Positions 10,782 to 21,847 are shown, counted from the first letter of the stretch. The stretch: 64,000 bases of DNA from Candidatus Latescibacterota bacterium (GCA_965222605.1 OZ244960.1:2016001-2080000), one strand, 5' to 3'. The notes: a model not told the origin generated them from the sequence alone. Numbers and translations: made by a program.

Positions 10782-13193
10782 ATGGTTTTGAGTTATCTCC
10801 GCACATCTTTCCGCAATCTTTTTCGGCACCGCCTTTACACGCTCGTCAACATCCTTGGCCTTGCCGTGGGGATGGCGGCTTGTATCCTCGTTGGTCTGTT
10901 CTTGCAGCACGAGTTCAGCTATGACGCCTATCATCGGGACATAGACCGCATTCATCGCGTGCTAAGGCTTGTACACCCATCAGGTGGCAACCTTCCATAC
11001 TATCCATTCGGCACTCAATATCGGGCTGGCTCCACACTTGTCAATGAATTGCCCGAAATTGAAGATATGACTCACTTCATCACGCGGCCCATGTGGGCTG
11101 GTCTTGAAGATCGCGGCTTCGATGTGCGCGGTACTGTGGCCGATCCCAACTTCCTGCGCTTTTTCACCTTTCCCTTGATCGACGGCAGCCAGCCACCCGA
11201 ATTAACACCTGGAACCGTCTATATCACAGAAAGTTTTGCACAAAAGCTCTTTGGCACCACTAAAGTTATCGGGCGAACGCTCAAGATTTACTACAAGTGG
11301 GTGGAAGGCGACTTCAACATCGGCGGTATTCTCCGCGATCAGCCAGCTACCACGTCGGGTGAGTTTGTGTTTGACCTGTTAGTCACTTATGAGGGAATCC
11401 CCGATTCCGCAGGTCCACCCTGGAGAAGGCAGTGGTCTCCCACAACAAGATTGCTCGTTCTAAAAACCTTTGTTCGGCTCGCGCCTGATGCTTCCCTATC
11501 ATCTCTTCGTCCCAAGCTGGATGATTTTGCACGCCGCCATCTGGGCAATGGCGCTGATCCGCGTGACACCTACGACCTTATGCCTTTGCGTCGTCAGCAT
11601 TTGCATGCCCGACGCGATTTCCAATTGCAGATGGGTGTGTTGGACCAGCAGGACGGCCTTGTGCAGGGGGACATCAACCGCTGCTATGCTTTTGGCCTTG
11701 TAGGGGCAATCATTTTGGCGCTGGCATGTGTCAATTTTGTAAACCTCTCCACAGCACGGGGAGCGAACCGCGCCCTGGAGGTTGGTGTGCGCAAGGCCGT
11801 GGGATCCACACGCGCCCAGCTTGTCACCCAGTTTCTCGGAGAGACTATTCTCCTCGCCGGGATATCGGCTATTTTAGCACTTGCCATTGTCGAACTAACA
11901 CTTCCCATAGTGAATAGCGTACTAATTTCTTCTTTACAAATAAACATCTGGTCCGTCGTTGGTGCTGCATTGCTCGCGCTCTTTGTCGGCCTAACTGCTG
12001 GTGCCTATCCAGCGGTATTCCTATCATCCTTTGTCGCGGCACAAGTCTTAAAAGGATCAGGACAGAAGATCGGCGGACAATCCCAACTCCGGCGAAGTCT
12101 GGTAACTCTTCAGTTTGCCATTTCGGTAGCCCTCGTCATTGGTACCCTCATTGCCTGGCAGCAAACAAACTATATCCGCACACGCGACCTCGGGTTTGCA
12201 AAAGAGGGCTTGATTACAATGCCCCTGCTTAAAGAAGATCGACGCTTGCGTGAGCACTTTGAAAGCATTCGAGACCGTTTTGAAGCAAGTCCCGACGTTC
12301 TGGACGCGACTGTTTCTCAGGCTCCGCCCGGTTATGAAAATAATACTGATCGCTCGCTAATGAGACGGCTGGACCTGACGGATTCCGTGAATGTCCACTT
12401 CTTGTCGGTGGATCATAAATTTACCGAGGTCTATGACATCCCCATCCTCGAAGGCAGGCCGTTGGCCCTAACTGACAAGGACCAATTAAACTTGCTCCTG
12501 AACGAAACAGCCGCTCAGACACTGGGCGGCGTAAAACCGGGTACCGTCCTGCGCGTTTGGGGGAGGGATTTCACTGTCGTTGGTATTTTCAAAGACTTTC
12601 ACAACAGCAGTCTGCACAATCCCGTGCGTCCCTTGATGCTTAGATATCGACCAGATTACGATTATGTCACCGTCAAAGTACGTATGGACAACCTGCCCAA
12701 AACACTGGATTTTCTCGCATCAGTCTGGAAGGATTATGTACCGGCTCACGCCTTCAAATTCCTCTTTGTCGATGAGTTTCTAAACAACTTCTACCGCGGC
12801 GAGATGCGTACCCAGAACGCCTTCACCTATCTTTCGGGCCTGGCCATTTTTGTCGCCTGTCTGGGGCTTTTGGGTCTGATTGCCTATACCACAGAAGTCC
12901 GCACCAAAGAAATCGGTGTTCGCAAGGTCCTTGGTGCATCATCTGGCGATATTCTAATTCTCCTCCTGAAAGAATTTGCGGTGCTCATCATCGTCGCAAG
13001 TCTGCTGGCATGGCCTGCCGCATATCTCTTCACCCGGTCCTATCTCGACCGCTTTGCCTACCGAATTGATCTGGATCCAGGCGTGTTTCTCGCCGGAAGC
13101 CTGCTGGTGCTTTTGATCGCGTTCTGCACCATCAGCTTTCAAGCCGTCCGTGCTGCACGCGCCAATCCAGTTGACGCGCTGCGTTATGAGTGA
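10782..13193 (+). CDS. ABC permease, duplicated MacB_PCD/FtsX (#3)
   Basis: GGAGG RBS; LACVNFVNL, EVGVRKAVG, RTKEIGVRKVLGA, ANPVDALRYE. Confidence 0.93.
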   Translation: MVLSYLRTSFRNLFRHRLYTLVNILGLAVGMAACILVGLFLQHEFSYDAYHRDIDRIHRVLRLVHPSGGNLPYYPFGTQYRAGSTLVNELPEIEDMTHFITRPMWAGLEDRGFDVRGTVADPNFLRFFTFPLIDGSQPPELTPGTVYITESFAQKLFGTTKVIGRTLKIYYKWVEGDFNIGGILRDQPATTSGEFVFDLLVTYEGIPDSAGPPWRRQWSPTTRLLVLKTFVRLAPDASLSSLRPKLDDFARRHLGNGADPRDTYDLMPLRRQHLHARRDFQLQMGVLDQQDGLVQGDINRCYAFGLVGAIILALACVNFVNLSTARGANRALEVGVRKAVGSTRAQLVTQFLGETILLAGISAILALAIVELTLPIVNSVLISSLQINIWSVVGAALLALFVGLTAGAYPAVFLSSFVAAQVLKGSGQKIGGQSQLRRSLVTLQFAISVALVIGTLIAWQQTNYIRTRDLGFAKEGLITMPLLKEDRRLREHFESIRDRFEASPDVLDATVSQAPPGYENNTDRSLMRRLDLTDSVNVHFLSVDHKFTEVYDIPILEGRPLALTDKDQLNLLLNETAAQTLGGVKPGTVLRVWGRDFTVVGIFKDFHNSSLHNPVRPLMLRYRPDYDYVTVKVRMDNLPKTLDFLASVWKDYVPAHAFKFLFVDEFLNNFYRGEMRTQNAFTYLSGLAIFVACLGLLGLIAYTTEVRTKEIGVRKVLGASSGDILILLLKEFAVLIIVASLLAWPAAYLFTRSYLDRFAYRIDLDPGVFLAGSLLVLLIAFCTISFQAVRAARANPVDALRYE

Positions 13194-13297
13194 ATGGAGA
13201 TGCAAAGATTTCGAGGGCATTTCGATGAACCGCGCTTTACCAAGACCACGACAATACTGGGATGAATACGCATCCAGATTCAAGAAAGGAAACAACA

Positions 13298-14389
13298 ATG
13301 TCACTTGATATTAAAGAAATGCGTATCAGACTCAGCGAATTTCTTGAACACTCGCAGTCCAATCCCTTATCGTCAGATGATTCTCCGTTACGCCAAATGT
13401 GTCTGGAAGTTGAGACTGAAATTGATTCCTGCTTGACGCCAGAGTTAGTTCATTTAGCCGACGACATCTACAGGTATTTGGGACAGGAAGGATTGGAGAA
13501 ACGCATTTCTCTTCATCGAACATATATCGATGCTGCGCCCAATGTAGAGGAGCGATTCTGGTCAAACTGGCATTTGGTTGATACGCTCGCAGTTATGAGA
13601 CGGAACAGCGAAGCAATTGAGGAACAGAACGCATTTTACAAATGGGCGCGTGAGGAATTGACCATTGGTCACATGGTGAAAACCCTGTTTGATAGTACTC
13701 AAGCCAGATGCTGGATAGTAGAAAACCAAGGCGAAGATTGGTTTAAGCTCTACTACAATGTTTTGAGAGAAACGGAATCTGCCCAAATTGACCGGCAGGA
13801 TCTTTGCATATTTATACGTACAGGATCTGAGGTCGCGGCAATGGCAGAGAAATTTCCTGAAGCTATGACGGAAGCCAATCGACTTGACGAGATAAACCGA
13901 GACCCTGAATGGAAGCATTACATACAGTTCTGGCTTGGAGCAATTACGACAAAACTTGAGGTCTATCGCAAGCAGAGCTTTTGGGATCAATATGACCAGC
14001 TTTCTGAGGAAATAATTTCTCTCGTTGAGAGAAATGCCATAAATCCTGAAAAGAAAATATCCGCATCTGATCTTGCCTGGATAGCCCATGATTTGGGTGC
14101 GTGTCTCATGTGGGCAAAAAGATATAAACAAGCCAAAAGGCTTCTGGAAATAGCCATAGAGCAAAATGATAGCGGTGGGTCGCATTTTTTTCTTGCCGCC
14201 TGTATCTGGGCTTCCGAAAAAAATCGAAGTCAGACTTTGTATCACCTGAGATATGCTCAACAAACAACAAAGCGCAATGTTTTAAATCGAGGAGGATATT
14301 ATAAATACTTCCTTGATCTTTCTGAATTTGAAGACGTAAAAGATGATGTGGATTTTCTTGAAGTCTTGGGACAGAGATCAGAAGATTAA
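13298..14389 (+). CDS. All-helical TPR-like hypothetical protein
   Basis: AAAGGA RBS before ATG 13298; TPR-like AHDLGACLMWAKRYKQAKRLLEIAIE. Confidence 0.7.
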   Translation: MSLDIKEMRIRLSEFLEHSQSNPLSSDDSPLRQMCLEVETEIDSCLTPELVHLADDIYRYLGQEGLEKRISLHRTYIDAAPNVEERFWSNWHLVDTLAVMRRNSEAIEEQNAFYKWAREELTIGHMVKTLFDSTQARCWIVENQGEDWFKLYYNVLRETESAQIDRQDLCIFIRTGSEVAAMAEKFPEAMTEANRLDEINRDPEWKHYIQFWLGAITTKLEVYRKQSFWDQYDQLSEEIISLVERNAINPEKKISASDLAWIAHDLGACLMWAKRYKQAKRLLEIAIEQNDSGGSHFFLAACIWASEKNRSQTLYHLRYAQQTTKRNVLNRGGYYKYFLDLSEFEDVKDDVDFLEVLGQRSED

Positions 14390-14474
14390 CCCCCGCCTCA
14401 GTACCAATCTTAGTTGATGAGCATTTAAAAAATGGACGAAAACTTGACAGCCTGCACAGTTTATGGAGGATGTG

Positions 14475-16835
14475 ATGTTCAAGAACTACTTCACAACTGC
14501 GTTGCGTAATTTCTCGCGACAGAAGATGTATTCATTTATCAACATGGCGGGGCTTTCTGTTGGGCTGGCCTGTAGTTTTTTGATCTTTATGTGGATAAAG
14601 CATGAGATTACGTATGACCGATTTCATGAACAGGGCACTCAGATTTATCGGGTGATGCGTAATTTCTCTGCAAATGATAAAATCTATACCTGGTCTTCTG
14701 CTCCCATGCCACTGGCCAACGTGTTAGTAGAAGAATACCCAGAGATTACCCATGCTATTTTAATAACCCGGCAAAGACATCTCTTATCTAAAGGCAATCA
14801 ATTATTTCGAGAAGCTGGTATATATGCCAGTCCTTCTTTTTTTAATGTTTTTACATTCCCACTTTTGCAAGGTGATGCTCGAACGATATTGGCAGAACCC
14901 AATGCCATTGCGATTTCAGAAAAATTGGCTGGTAAATATTTTGGACCAGATTGGGCGAGTCAATCGATTCTCGGGCAAAGTTTGACGGTTGATCATCGCA
15001 AAGAATTTATCATTAAAGCGGTGTTTAGAGATGTACATAGCAATTCCTCTCTGCGTTTTGAATTCGTGCTTCCAATAGAAGATTATGTCGCCGAAAACAA
15101 GTGGCTTGAGCATTGGGGCAATAGCAGTTTGCAACTTTATGTGAAACTGCGAGAGGATACTGCCCTGGAAGATGTAAACACAAAGATCGAGCGTGTCCTC
15201 TTAGACCATTACAAAGGGACAACTGCCACGGTTTTTTTGCACCCCTTGTTGGATATGCACCTGTATTCTAAGTTTAAAAATGGCAAGTCCGTTGGAGGGC
15301 GCATTGAGTATGTGCATATGTTTACATTTGTTGCGCTGTTTATTTTATGCATTGCCTGTATTAATTTTATGAATTTGGCTACGGCGCGATCTACTCAGCG
15401 CGCACGAGAGATTGGCGTTCGTAAAACCATAGGCGCCAGTAAGCGGGAACTCATAGGTCAATTTATGGGTGAGTCGATGTTGATAACGGTTTTTGCCTCA
15501 ATTTTGGCTTTAGGTTTGGTTGAAATTTTCTTGCCTGTATTTAATGGTCTGACACATGAAGAACTTGCACTTGATTGGTTGGATATACACATTTTGCCGG
15601 TCTTTTCAGGTATTACATTAGTAACAGGTCTAATCTCAGGAAGCTATCCGGCGTTTTATTTGTCGGGTTTTAACCCAATCGGCGTATTGCGAGGTTCGTT
15701 GAAATCGGGATCGGGTGCTGTTTTTTTACGCCGAGGCCTTGTGATTTTTCAGTTTGTATTGGCAATTTTGATGATTATTGGCACACTGACGATTTATGAG
15801 CAGATAAATTATATCCTCAGCAAAAATCTGGGACTGGACCGTAAGAATGTGGTGTCTGTTGGTTTGGAAGGGCCAATACAGCAACAATTGGAAACAGTTA
15901 AGCAAGAACTTCTGCGCCAGCCCGGCATTCAAAGCGTGGCGGCATCCAGCCAAAATCCACTATCCGTTAGCCATTCAACGAGCGATCCCAAATGGAATGG
16001 AAAAGACCCAGAGTCCCAAATTGTATTTCACATTATCAACGCCGATTTTGATTTTGTTGAAACTATGAAAATGAAAGTGGTACACGGCAGAGCGTTTTCT
16101 GAGGTGGTTGCAACCGATTCCTCAAATTATGTTGTAAATGAACAAATGGCACATGTGATGGGAATAGACAATCCGATTGGCGAAACTCTGAAATTTTGGG
16201 GAGATGAAGGTGAGATAATTGGCGTGGTTGAAGATTTTCATTTTAGTTCGGTACATACGTCAATTGAGCCGCTGATTATTCGTATTGATCCAGCCTCTTT
16301 CAACAAACTTTATATACGCACCAGGGCAGGGCAAACAGCCGAGGCATTGGCAAATTTGGAAAAGGTTTTCAAAAAATTCAACCCCAACTATCCACTTGCA
16401 TATCGGTTTATGGATGAGGACTTTGAGCGAATGTATCGCAGAGAAAAGATGCTGGGACAATTGACCACCACTTTTGCTGTTTTGGCAATTTTTATCTCTT
16501 GTTTGGGATTGTTTGGTTTGGCGTCTTTTACAGCGGAACAGCGCACCAAAGAGATTGGGATTAGAAAGATATTGGGTGCTTCCGTTACCAATTTGATTTT
16601 ATTGCTGTCTAAAGAGTTTATCAAGTTGGTGGTGATTGCGTTTGTATTCGCCATACCTTTGGCCTATTACTTTATGACAATTTGGTTAAACGCGTTTGCC
16701 TATCGCATCAATATAGGGTTAGAAGTTTTTGTTTTCGCAGGTGGGGCATCATTTATTATTGCTTGGTTGACCGTGAGCTATCAAGCACTCAAAGTAGCCT
16801 CTGCAAATCCTGTCGATGCCCTACGAAATGAATAA
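14475..16835 (+). CDS. ABC permease, duplicated MacB_PCD/FtsX (#4)
   Basis: MFKNYF, IACINFMNL, RAREIGVRK, EQRTKEIGIRK, ANPVDALRNE. Confidence 0.93.
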   Translation: MFKNYFTTALRNFSRQKMYSFINMAGLSVGLACSFLIFMWIKHEITYDRFHEQGTQIYRVMRNFSANDKIYTWSSAPMPLANVLVEEYPEITHAILITRQRHLLSKGNQLFREAGIYASPSFFNVFTFPLLQGDARTILAEPNAIAISEKLAGKYFGPDWASQSILGQSLTVDHRKEFIIKAVFRDVHSNSSLRFEFVLPIEDYVAENKWLEHWGNSSLQLYVKLREDTALEDVNTKIERVLLDHYKGTTATVFLHPLLDMHLYSKFKNGKSVGGRIEYVHMFTFVALFILCIACINFMNLATARSTQRAREIGVRKTIGASKRELIGQFMGESMLITVFASILALGLVEIFLPVFNGLTHEELALDWLDIHILPVFSGITLVTGLISGSYPAFYLSGFNPIGVLRGSLKSGSGAVFLRRGLVIFQFVLAILMIIGTLTIYEQINYILSKNLGLDRKNVVSVGLEGPIQQQLETVKQELLRQPGIQSVAASSQNPLSVSHSTSDPKWNGKDPESQIVFHIINADFDFVETMKMKVVHGRAFSEVVATDSSNYVVNEQMAHVMGIDNPIGETLKFWGDEGEIIGVVEDFHFSSVHTSIEPLIIRIDPASFNKLYIRTRAGQTAEALANLEKVFKKFNPNYPLAYRFMDEDFERMYRREKMLGQLTTTFAVLAIFISCLGLFGLASFTAEQRTKEIGIRKILGASVTNLILLLSKEFIKLVVIAFVFAIPLAYYFMTIWLNAFAYRINIGLEVFVFAGGASFIIAWLTVSYQALKVASANPVDALRNE

Positions 16836-16919
16836 AAACAAAACAACGAGAGACATTGTCAAATGTTATGGTCACCTTCACCGATCCACACCCATTAGTC
16901 TGTCTCGGTTTAAAATTGC

Positions 16920-16960
16920 TGGCCTCTTCTCAAAACGCAAAAGGTTTAGGGGAGAGGCCA
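16920..16960. repeat. Imperfect intergenic palindrome
   Basis: TGGCCTCTTCTCAAAAC...GTTTAGGGGAGAGGCCA. Confidence 0.45.
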
Positions 16961-17036
16961 AAAATTTGAATCACTGGGCAATTTCAGGTGTATGAAATAG
17001 AGAGAAGACTCGAAAATATTAAAGGAGAAAAAACCA

Positions 17037-17594
17037 GTGCCAACTTTCGGAGCCAGTGCAGTAGTTGTCTCAGACGAGCAAGTCCTGCTCATTAAGCGAG
17101 AGGATGTCGAGGTCTGGGCATTACCCGGTGGTGCAATTGATTCAGGAGAATCCGCGGCACAGGCAGCTATACGCGAAGTCAAAGAGGAAACGGGGATCGA
17201 CATTGACCTTGTGCGCCTGGTTGGTATATACTCGAGTCCAAACTGGCGCTCAGGCGGTGACCATGCGATCGTTTACGCGGCCATTCCGAAGAATGACAAA
17301 CCGGTAGCTCAGGTGAACGAGGTTTTAGATGTTGGCTATTTCAGTCCAGATCGGTTGCCCGAACCGTTTACGTGGTGGCATCGTCGAAGAATCGATGATG
17401 CCATGCGTGAGGTCACAGGCGTTTCTTGCGTACAGGACAGAGTATGGACACTAGATCCGAACCTGAGTCGCCGAGAGATATACGACATGTTGACCCGTTC
17501 AGGTTTATCGCCCAGTGACTTTTATGAACAGTATTTCACTAAAATAGGACAACCCGGGGAGAAAATCGAAGTTGACGGTGTTTCAGTTGGATAA
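17037..17594 (+). CDS. NUDIX hydrolase
   Basis: Nudix box GGAIDSGESAAQAAIREVKEETG. Confidence 0.92.
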   Translation: MPTFGASAVVVSDEQVLLIKREDVEVWALPGGAIDSGESAAQAAIREVKEETGIDIDLVRLVGIYSSPNWRSGGDHAIVYAAIPKNDKPVAQVNEVLDVGYFSPDRLPEPFTWWHRRRIDDAMREVTGVSCVQDRVWTLDPNLSRREIYDMLTRSGLSPSDFYEQYFTKIGQPGEKIEVDGVSVG

Positions 17595-17628
17595 TCAGAC
17601 ACTTTCGAGAAAGGAATAAATAAAACAA

Positions 17629-18462
17629 ATGGCTTCGAAACCTGAACAGTACGCCCCCGATCCAGCTATCCTTGAGTACTACGGGACCTATTATAATGAA
17701 ATTGCCCGATTCAATAAAGGCACCCATCGCCTGGATTACGTGCGCTCGAAACAGATTCTGGAACGGTACTTGCCCCAGGCTCCCGTCAACATCCTCGATG
17801 TCGGTGGCGGTCCAGGTGCATACTCGTCCTGGCTCGCAGAGAAAGGACACAAAGTCCATTTGGTTGATCCCGTCCCTCGACATCTCAAGGAAGCTGAGGA
17901 ACGCGCAAGAAAGAACCCTCTGGAAAGCATCCAGAAGGGCGATGCCCGTAGCTTGAACTGGTCAGACGAAACCATGGACATCGTCTTGCTCATGGGGCCT
18001 CTATATCACCTGACTGAATCCGATGATCGGAAAATGGCACTTCGCGAGGCCAGGAGAGTCCTGAAATCCGGGGGACTTCTATTTGCAGTTGCAATCACAC
18101 GATTTGCATCTCTACTTGACGGACTAAGATCAGGAGCGATCCTCGACCCCGCCTTCCGAGCAATTGTGGCGCGTGACTTGAAGGACGGTCAACATCGCAA
18201 TCCCGAAGAAAGCAAAGATTACTTTACGACTGCCTACTTTCATCGCCCAGAAGAACTGGCTGTCGAAATCACTGAATGCGGATTCACCCAGTGCCAGACA
18301 CTTGCCGTAGAAAGTGCCGCCTGGTTGCTCGGAGACATAGAAGATCAACTGGAAGACTCGGAACGCCGCGAGGTACTTTTTGATGCAATACAGAGACTTG
18401 AGACGGAGCCTTCTCTACTCGGCGTTTCTCCCCACATTATGGCAATGGCCAGGAAACCTTGA
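17629..18462 (+). CDS. Class I SAM-dependent methyltransferase
   Basis: ILDVGGGPG, GDARSL, DIVLLMGPLYHL. Confidence 0.92.
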   Translation: MASKPEQYAPDPAILEYYGTYYNEIARFNKGTHRLDYVRSKQILERYLPQAPVNILDVGGGPGAYSSWLAEKGHKVHLVDPVPRHLKEAEERARKNPLESIQKGDARSLNWSDETMDIVLLMGPLYHLTESDDRKMALREARRVLKSGGLLFAVAITRFASLLDGLRSGAILDPAFRAIVARDLKDGQHRNPEESKDYFTTAYFHRPEELAVEITECGFTQCQTLAVESAAWLLGDIEDQLEDSERREVLFDAIQRLETEPSLLGVSPHIMAMARKP

Positions 18463-18483
18463 GTATTTTCATCCCTAAAAATT

Positions 18484-19095
18484 ATGCGTGATGTACATCC
18501 CAACACAAGAGTGATCCTCATCGGAGGATCATCTCACTCCGGAAAGTCTGCCCTATCTGAGTCGATAGCTGCAAATCTGGGATGGAACCGAATCTCCACA
18601 GATACCCTTGCCCGTCATCCCGGTCGCCCGTGGAGACCTGAGCCAGAGAAGGTACCAGACCATGTGGCAGAACACTATCTCTCCCTCTCAGTTGAGGAAC
18701 TGATCAAAGATGTGCTCCATCACTACAGGGTCAATGTATGGCCGAAGGTTGAGGAAATTGTCGCGTCTCACATCAACGATCCTTCCCGAGGAGGATTAAT
18801 CATAGAAGGATCCGCTCTATGGCCCGAACTTGTAGCAACCCTGGACTTCTTCGACAATATTGTCTCATTATGGCTTACAGCAAGTGAGGCGGTTTTTCAG
18901 CAGAGGATTCGCGATGAAAGCCTGTATCATTCGAAGTCGCTTCAAGAACGCAGGATGATCGATAAGTTTCTGGAACGCACGCTCGTCTATAACGCACAGA
19001 TGATAGAGATTGCCAACCAGCATGGGTTCATTCTCGTAGATGTTCTGCAATCCAATGTGGAGGAGCTAACTAAAAGGTGCCTGTCGATACTCTGA
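18484..19095 (+). CDS. P-loop kinase (2-phosphoglycerate kinase-like)
   Basis: Walker A GGSSHSGKS; ISTD; IIEG Walker B. Confidence 0.8.
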   Translation: MRDVHPNTRVILIGGSSHSGKSALSESIAANLGWNRISTDTLARHPGRPWRPEPEKVPDHVAEHYLSLSVEELIKDVLHHYRVNVWPKVEEIVASHINDPSRGGLIIEGSALWPELVATLDFFDNIVSLWLTASEAVFQQRIRDESLYHSKSLQERRMIDKFLERTLVYNAQMIEIANQHGFILVDVLQSNVEELTKRCLSIL

Positions 19096-19250
19096 AGTTT
19101 CCTCTGGCAGATATTTGCAAATAGGTTATTTATCATTATATTCAAAAATTGGAGAACCTTGGCCGATTCTACCATCTTTAAAACCAAGGCCCTGCGCGGA
19201 GGGTGGTCGATTCACCCAGTTCAACGGCGCATCCAAGGAGGCACGACGCG

Positions 19251-19517
19251 ATGAAGAGAACATTGACCATTGACTACGGCGACGAGGTCCTGCTGGCCCT
19301 CGGATATACACCCAAGCAGTTCAGCGAAGAGGCCAAGCTCCTCATCGCCATCAAGCTCTACGAGTTGGGCCGTTTGTCCTCGGGGGGGGCAGCCAAGCTG
19401 GCTGGCATTCCCAAACCCTTATTTCTGACAAAGCTCGCCGAATACGGCGTTGATACCTTCCAACTGACCGAGGATGACCTCCAACAGGACTTAGACAGTG
19501 CCCGTCGTCATCTGTAA
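19251..19517 (+). CDS. UPF0175-family antitoxin
   Basis: AAGGAGG RBS; KLYELGRLSSGGAAKLAGI. Confidence 0.88.
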   Translation: MKRTLTIDYGDEVLLALGYTPKQFSEEAKLLIAIKLYELGRLSSGGAAKLAGIPKPLFLTKLAEYGVDTFQLTEDDLQQDLDSARRHL

Positions 19518-19570
19518 TACTTCTCCGATTCAATACCTGTACCAAGCCAACGTGTTGGAACTCTTACCCA
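19498..19570 (+). pseudogene. N-terminal stump of a DUF3368-type PIN toxin
   Basis: MPVVICNTSPIQYLYQANVLELLP overlaps the UPF0175 stop and switches to unrelated sequence after 24 codons. Confidence 0.75.
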
Positions 19571-19572
19571 CA

Positions 19573-19800
19573 ATGCAAACGAAAATGATTCAAATTCGCG
19601 TTAGTTCTGAAGCCGCTCAAGCCTATGAAATAGCTTCTGAAGCAGAACAGCGCAAGTTAGATGCTCTCCTTAGTCTCAAGCTCAGTGAAGTAGGGCGAGC
19701 GAAAAGGCCTCTTGAAGTAATTATGAGTGAGATTAGCCGTAAGGCACAAGACCGAGGCATGACACCGGAAATTTTGGAGTCCATCCTCAATGAACGGTAG
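19573..19800 (+). CDS. Small putative antitoxin, in frame with the DUF3368 stump
   Basis: IQIRVSSEAAQAY...ISRKAQDRGMTPEILESIL; overlaps a PIN-like start downstream. Confidence 0.65.
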   Translation: MQTKMIQIRVSSEAAQAYEIASEAEQRKLDALLSLKLSEVGRAKRPLEVIMSEISRKAQDRGMTPEILESILNER

Positions 19801-19834
19801 TACTCGTTATGTTTTTGACACCAATGTGCTTGTG
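19790..19834 (+). pseudogene. N-terminal stump of a second PIN toxin
   Basis: MNGSTRYVFDTNVLV (PIN first-Asp motif), then homology ends. Confidence 0.7.
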
Positions 19835-19848
19835 AAGAAAAATATGCG

Positions 19849-19883
19849 TTCCCGCTGAATAGACTATTTAGCGGGAATTTTTT
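19849..19883 (+). terminator. Probable intrinsic terminator
   Basis: TTCCCGCTGAATAG / TATTTAGCGGGAA stem followed by a T run. Confidence 0.55.
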
Positions 19884-19935
19884 ATTAGTGAGAGACCTGT
19901 CGGCTGACATCTCAACAAAATTAAAGGAACAGACA

Positions 19936-20238
19936 ATGATTTTAGAAGTTGCAATATTGGACGTCACGCCAGGGCGAGAGAAGGAATTTGAAACAGCTTT
20001 TGGTGAGGCGCAAAAAATTATATCGAGTATGGATGGCTACATTTCCCATCAGCTACAGAAATGTCTTGAAAAAGACAGCCGGTACATTCTCCTGGTAAAC
20101 TGGCAAACGCTTGAAGATCATACCATTGGGTTCAGAGGGTCCGAACAGTACCAGGAGTGGCGCAGGCTGTTACATCATTTTTACGATCCATTTCCCGAAG
20201 TAGAGCACTATACGAGCGTTTATGGTGGTGATCAATAA
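19936..20238 (+). CDS. Antibiotic-biosynthesis monooxygenase (ABM) family protein
   Basis: MILEVAILDV...WQTLEDHTIGFRGSEQYQEWRRLLHHFYDPFPEVEHY. Confidence 0.9.
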   Translation: MILEVAILDVTPGREKEFETAFGEAQKIISSMDGYISHQLQKCLEKDSRYILLVNWQTLEDHTIGFRGSEQYQEWRRLLHHFYDPFPEVEHYTSVYGGDQ

Positions 20239-20286
20239 TGAGGGAATGCTACTGATTAGACATACTCAACCCCAAGGAGGAAGATC

Positions 20287-21234
20287 ATGTATTCAAGATT
20301 CATTATGAGAACTCTGGGGAGTTTTTCAATTCTCTTTTTTTGTAATACACAAAATATAATGGGGAGTGAGTTGAATATAGCGGCAGAGATCGGAGATACC
20401 ACTAAAGTAAAAAACTTACTAAAAAAAGGCGTAAATATAAATGAGCGAGATAGATTCGGACGAACACCTCTCATTTATGCTGCCCTGAATGGTCATGATC
20501 GCATCATAAAAATGCTACTTGAATCTCATGCTGATATTCATGCCAAAGATCATTTCGACCAAACGGCATTCATTGCAGCAGTCACTGGAGGACATGTGAA
20601 CACCGCTGAAATTTTGCTAAAAAATGGTGCTAATCCATCGGCTCCCAATGGTGAGGATATGCTTCCTATATTTATAGCCTTTGAACGGGAAGACTTCGAA
20701 ATGGTAGATTTATTATTAAAATATGGAATCAAAATCAACACTATAGACAAAAAAGGAAGGACAGTTCTTCAGAAAATTATTGAATCAAATGATGCAGAAC
20801 TCGTGCGAACAATTTTGAGACGTGGCATAGATGAGAGATATATCGTACATCTGGCCGCTGGCGTGGGTGACACAACATTGTTAAAGATATTGTTAAAAAA
20901 TAAAATAGATATTGACAAAAGGGATCCATTGGAAAGAACGCCATTGCTATTCGCTCTATTATATGACCGCACGCAATGTGCTAAAATGCTATTGGACCAG
21001 GGCGCAGACTTTTCGCTTAGAGATAATGATGGTAAAACGCCATTAATGGTGGCTGCAGAACGAAAAAATATCGAAGGCCTGAAAATTCTTCTGCATGCAG
21101 GAGCAGATGTATTCGCACAAGATAATCGGGGCTGGCTTGCTTTAACATACGCAGCATTTGTTGGTAATAGGCATAATAGCGATAAGTGTACAAAACTGCT
21201 CAAATCTGTTATGGAGGATAGAAGGATTAGATAG
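20287..21234 (+). CDS. Ankyrin-repeat protein
   Basis: Multiple G.TPL..AA..G...LL..GAD repeats. Confidence 0.92.
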   Translation: MYSRFIMRTLGSFSILFFCNTQNIMGSELNIAAEIGDTTKVKNLLKKGVNINERDRFGRTPLIYAALNGHDRIIKMLLESHADIHAKDHFDQTAFIAAVTGGHVNTAEILLKNGANPSAPNGEDMLPIFIAFEREDFEMVDLLLKYGIKINTIDKKGRTVLQKIIESNDAELVRTILRRGIDERYIVHLAAGVGDTTLLKILLKNKIDIDKRDPLERTPLLFALLYDRTQCAKMLLDQGADFSLRDNDGKTPLMVAAERKNIEGLKILLHAGADVFAQDNRGWLALTYAAFVGNRHNSDKCTKLLKSVMEDRRIR

Positions 21235-21267
21235 GGACCTGATGGCTTTGATCGAAAGCGCAAAACC

Positions 21268-21768
21268 ATGCAAATCGAAAATATCAAGCACCACCTTGAC
21301 GCCATTGACACGCTATCAGAGGCACAATTTGAACTGTGGGGCCCTCTTACTGGTCGAAACACGTTGGAAGAATATCGCAAGTTACTCCACTTCGCCGCCG
21401 AATCCGAGAGCCTGCCGACCACGCTCGTTGCCGTAGAAAACGCAACCGTCCTCGGCTCGGTAAACGTGCTCGAAAACGATTTGCCACTCCGTCCTGATAT
21501 CGCGCCCTGGTTAGCACAATTATTTGTATTTCCTAATTTTCGAAGTCGGGGTGCAGGCGCATTCCTAATTGCGGGTGCGATTGCAGAGGCGCGCAAGCTG
21601 AACAAATCGATACTCTATTTGTACACATCGGGAACACTTCCGAATTATTACGAGAAACTCGGATGGTCTCGTACGGAAGAGATCGCGTACCTGGACAAGC
21701 GCAGAGTGATAATGGCCTATCCCATCCACAAAAAAAGTCTCCCAACCCACCCCTCCCGCGCAATATAG
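21268..21768 (+). CDS. GNAT acetyltransferase
   Basis: PWLAQLFVFPNFRSRGAG motif A; YYEKLGW. Confidence 0.9.
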   Translation: MQIENIKHHLDAIDTLSEAQFELWGPLTGRNTLEEYRKLLHFAAESESLPTTLVAVENATVLGSVNVLENDLPLRPDIAPWLAQLFVFPNFRSRGAGAFLIAGAIAEARKLNKSILYLYTSGTLPNYYEKLGWSRTEEIAYLDKRRVIMAYPIHKKSLPTHPSRAI

Positions 21769-21847
21769 AAACCCTCTGGCTGATAGAACTGTCAAAAGAT
21801 AAAATCTCCGTCTCAAACGCTATCTATCATTGAAGGGAATAATAGTA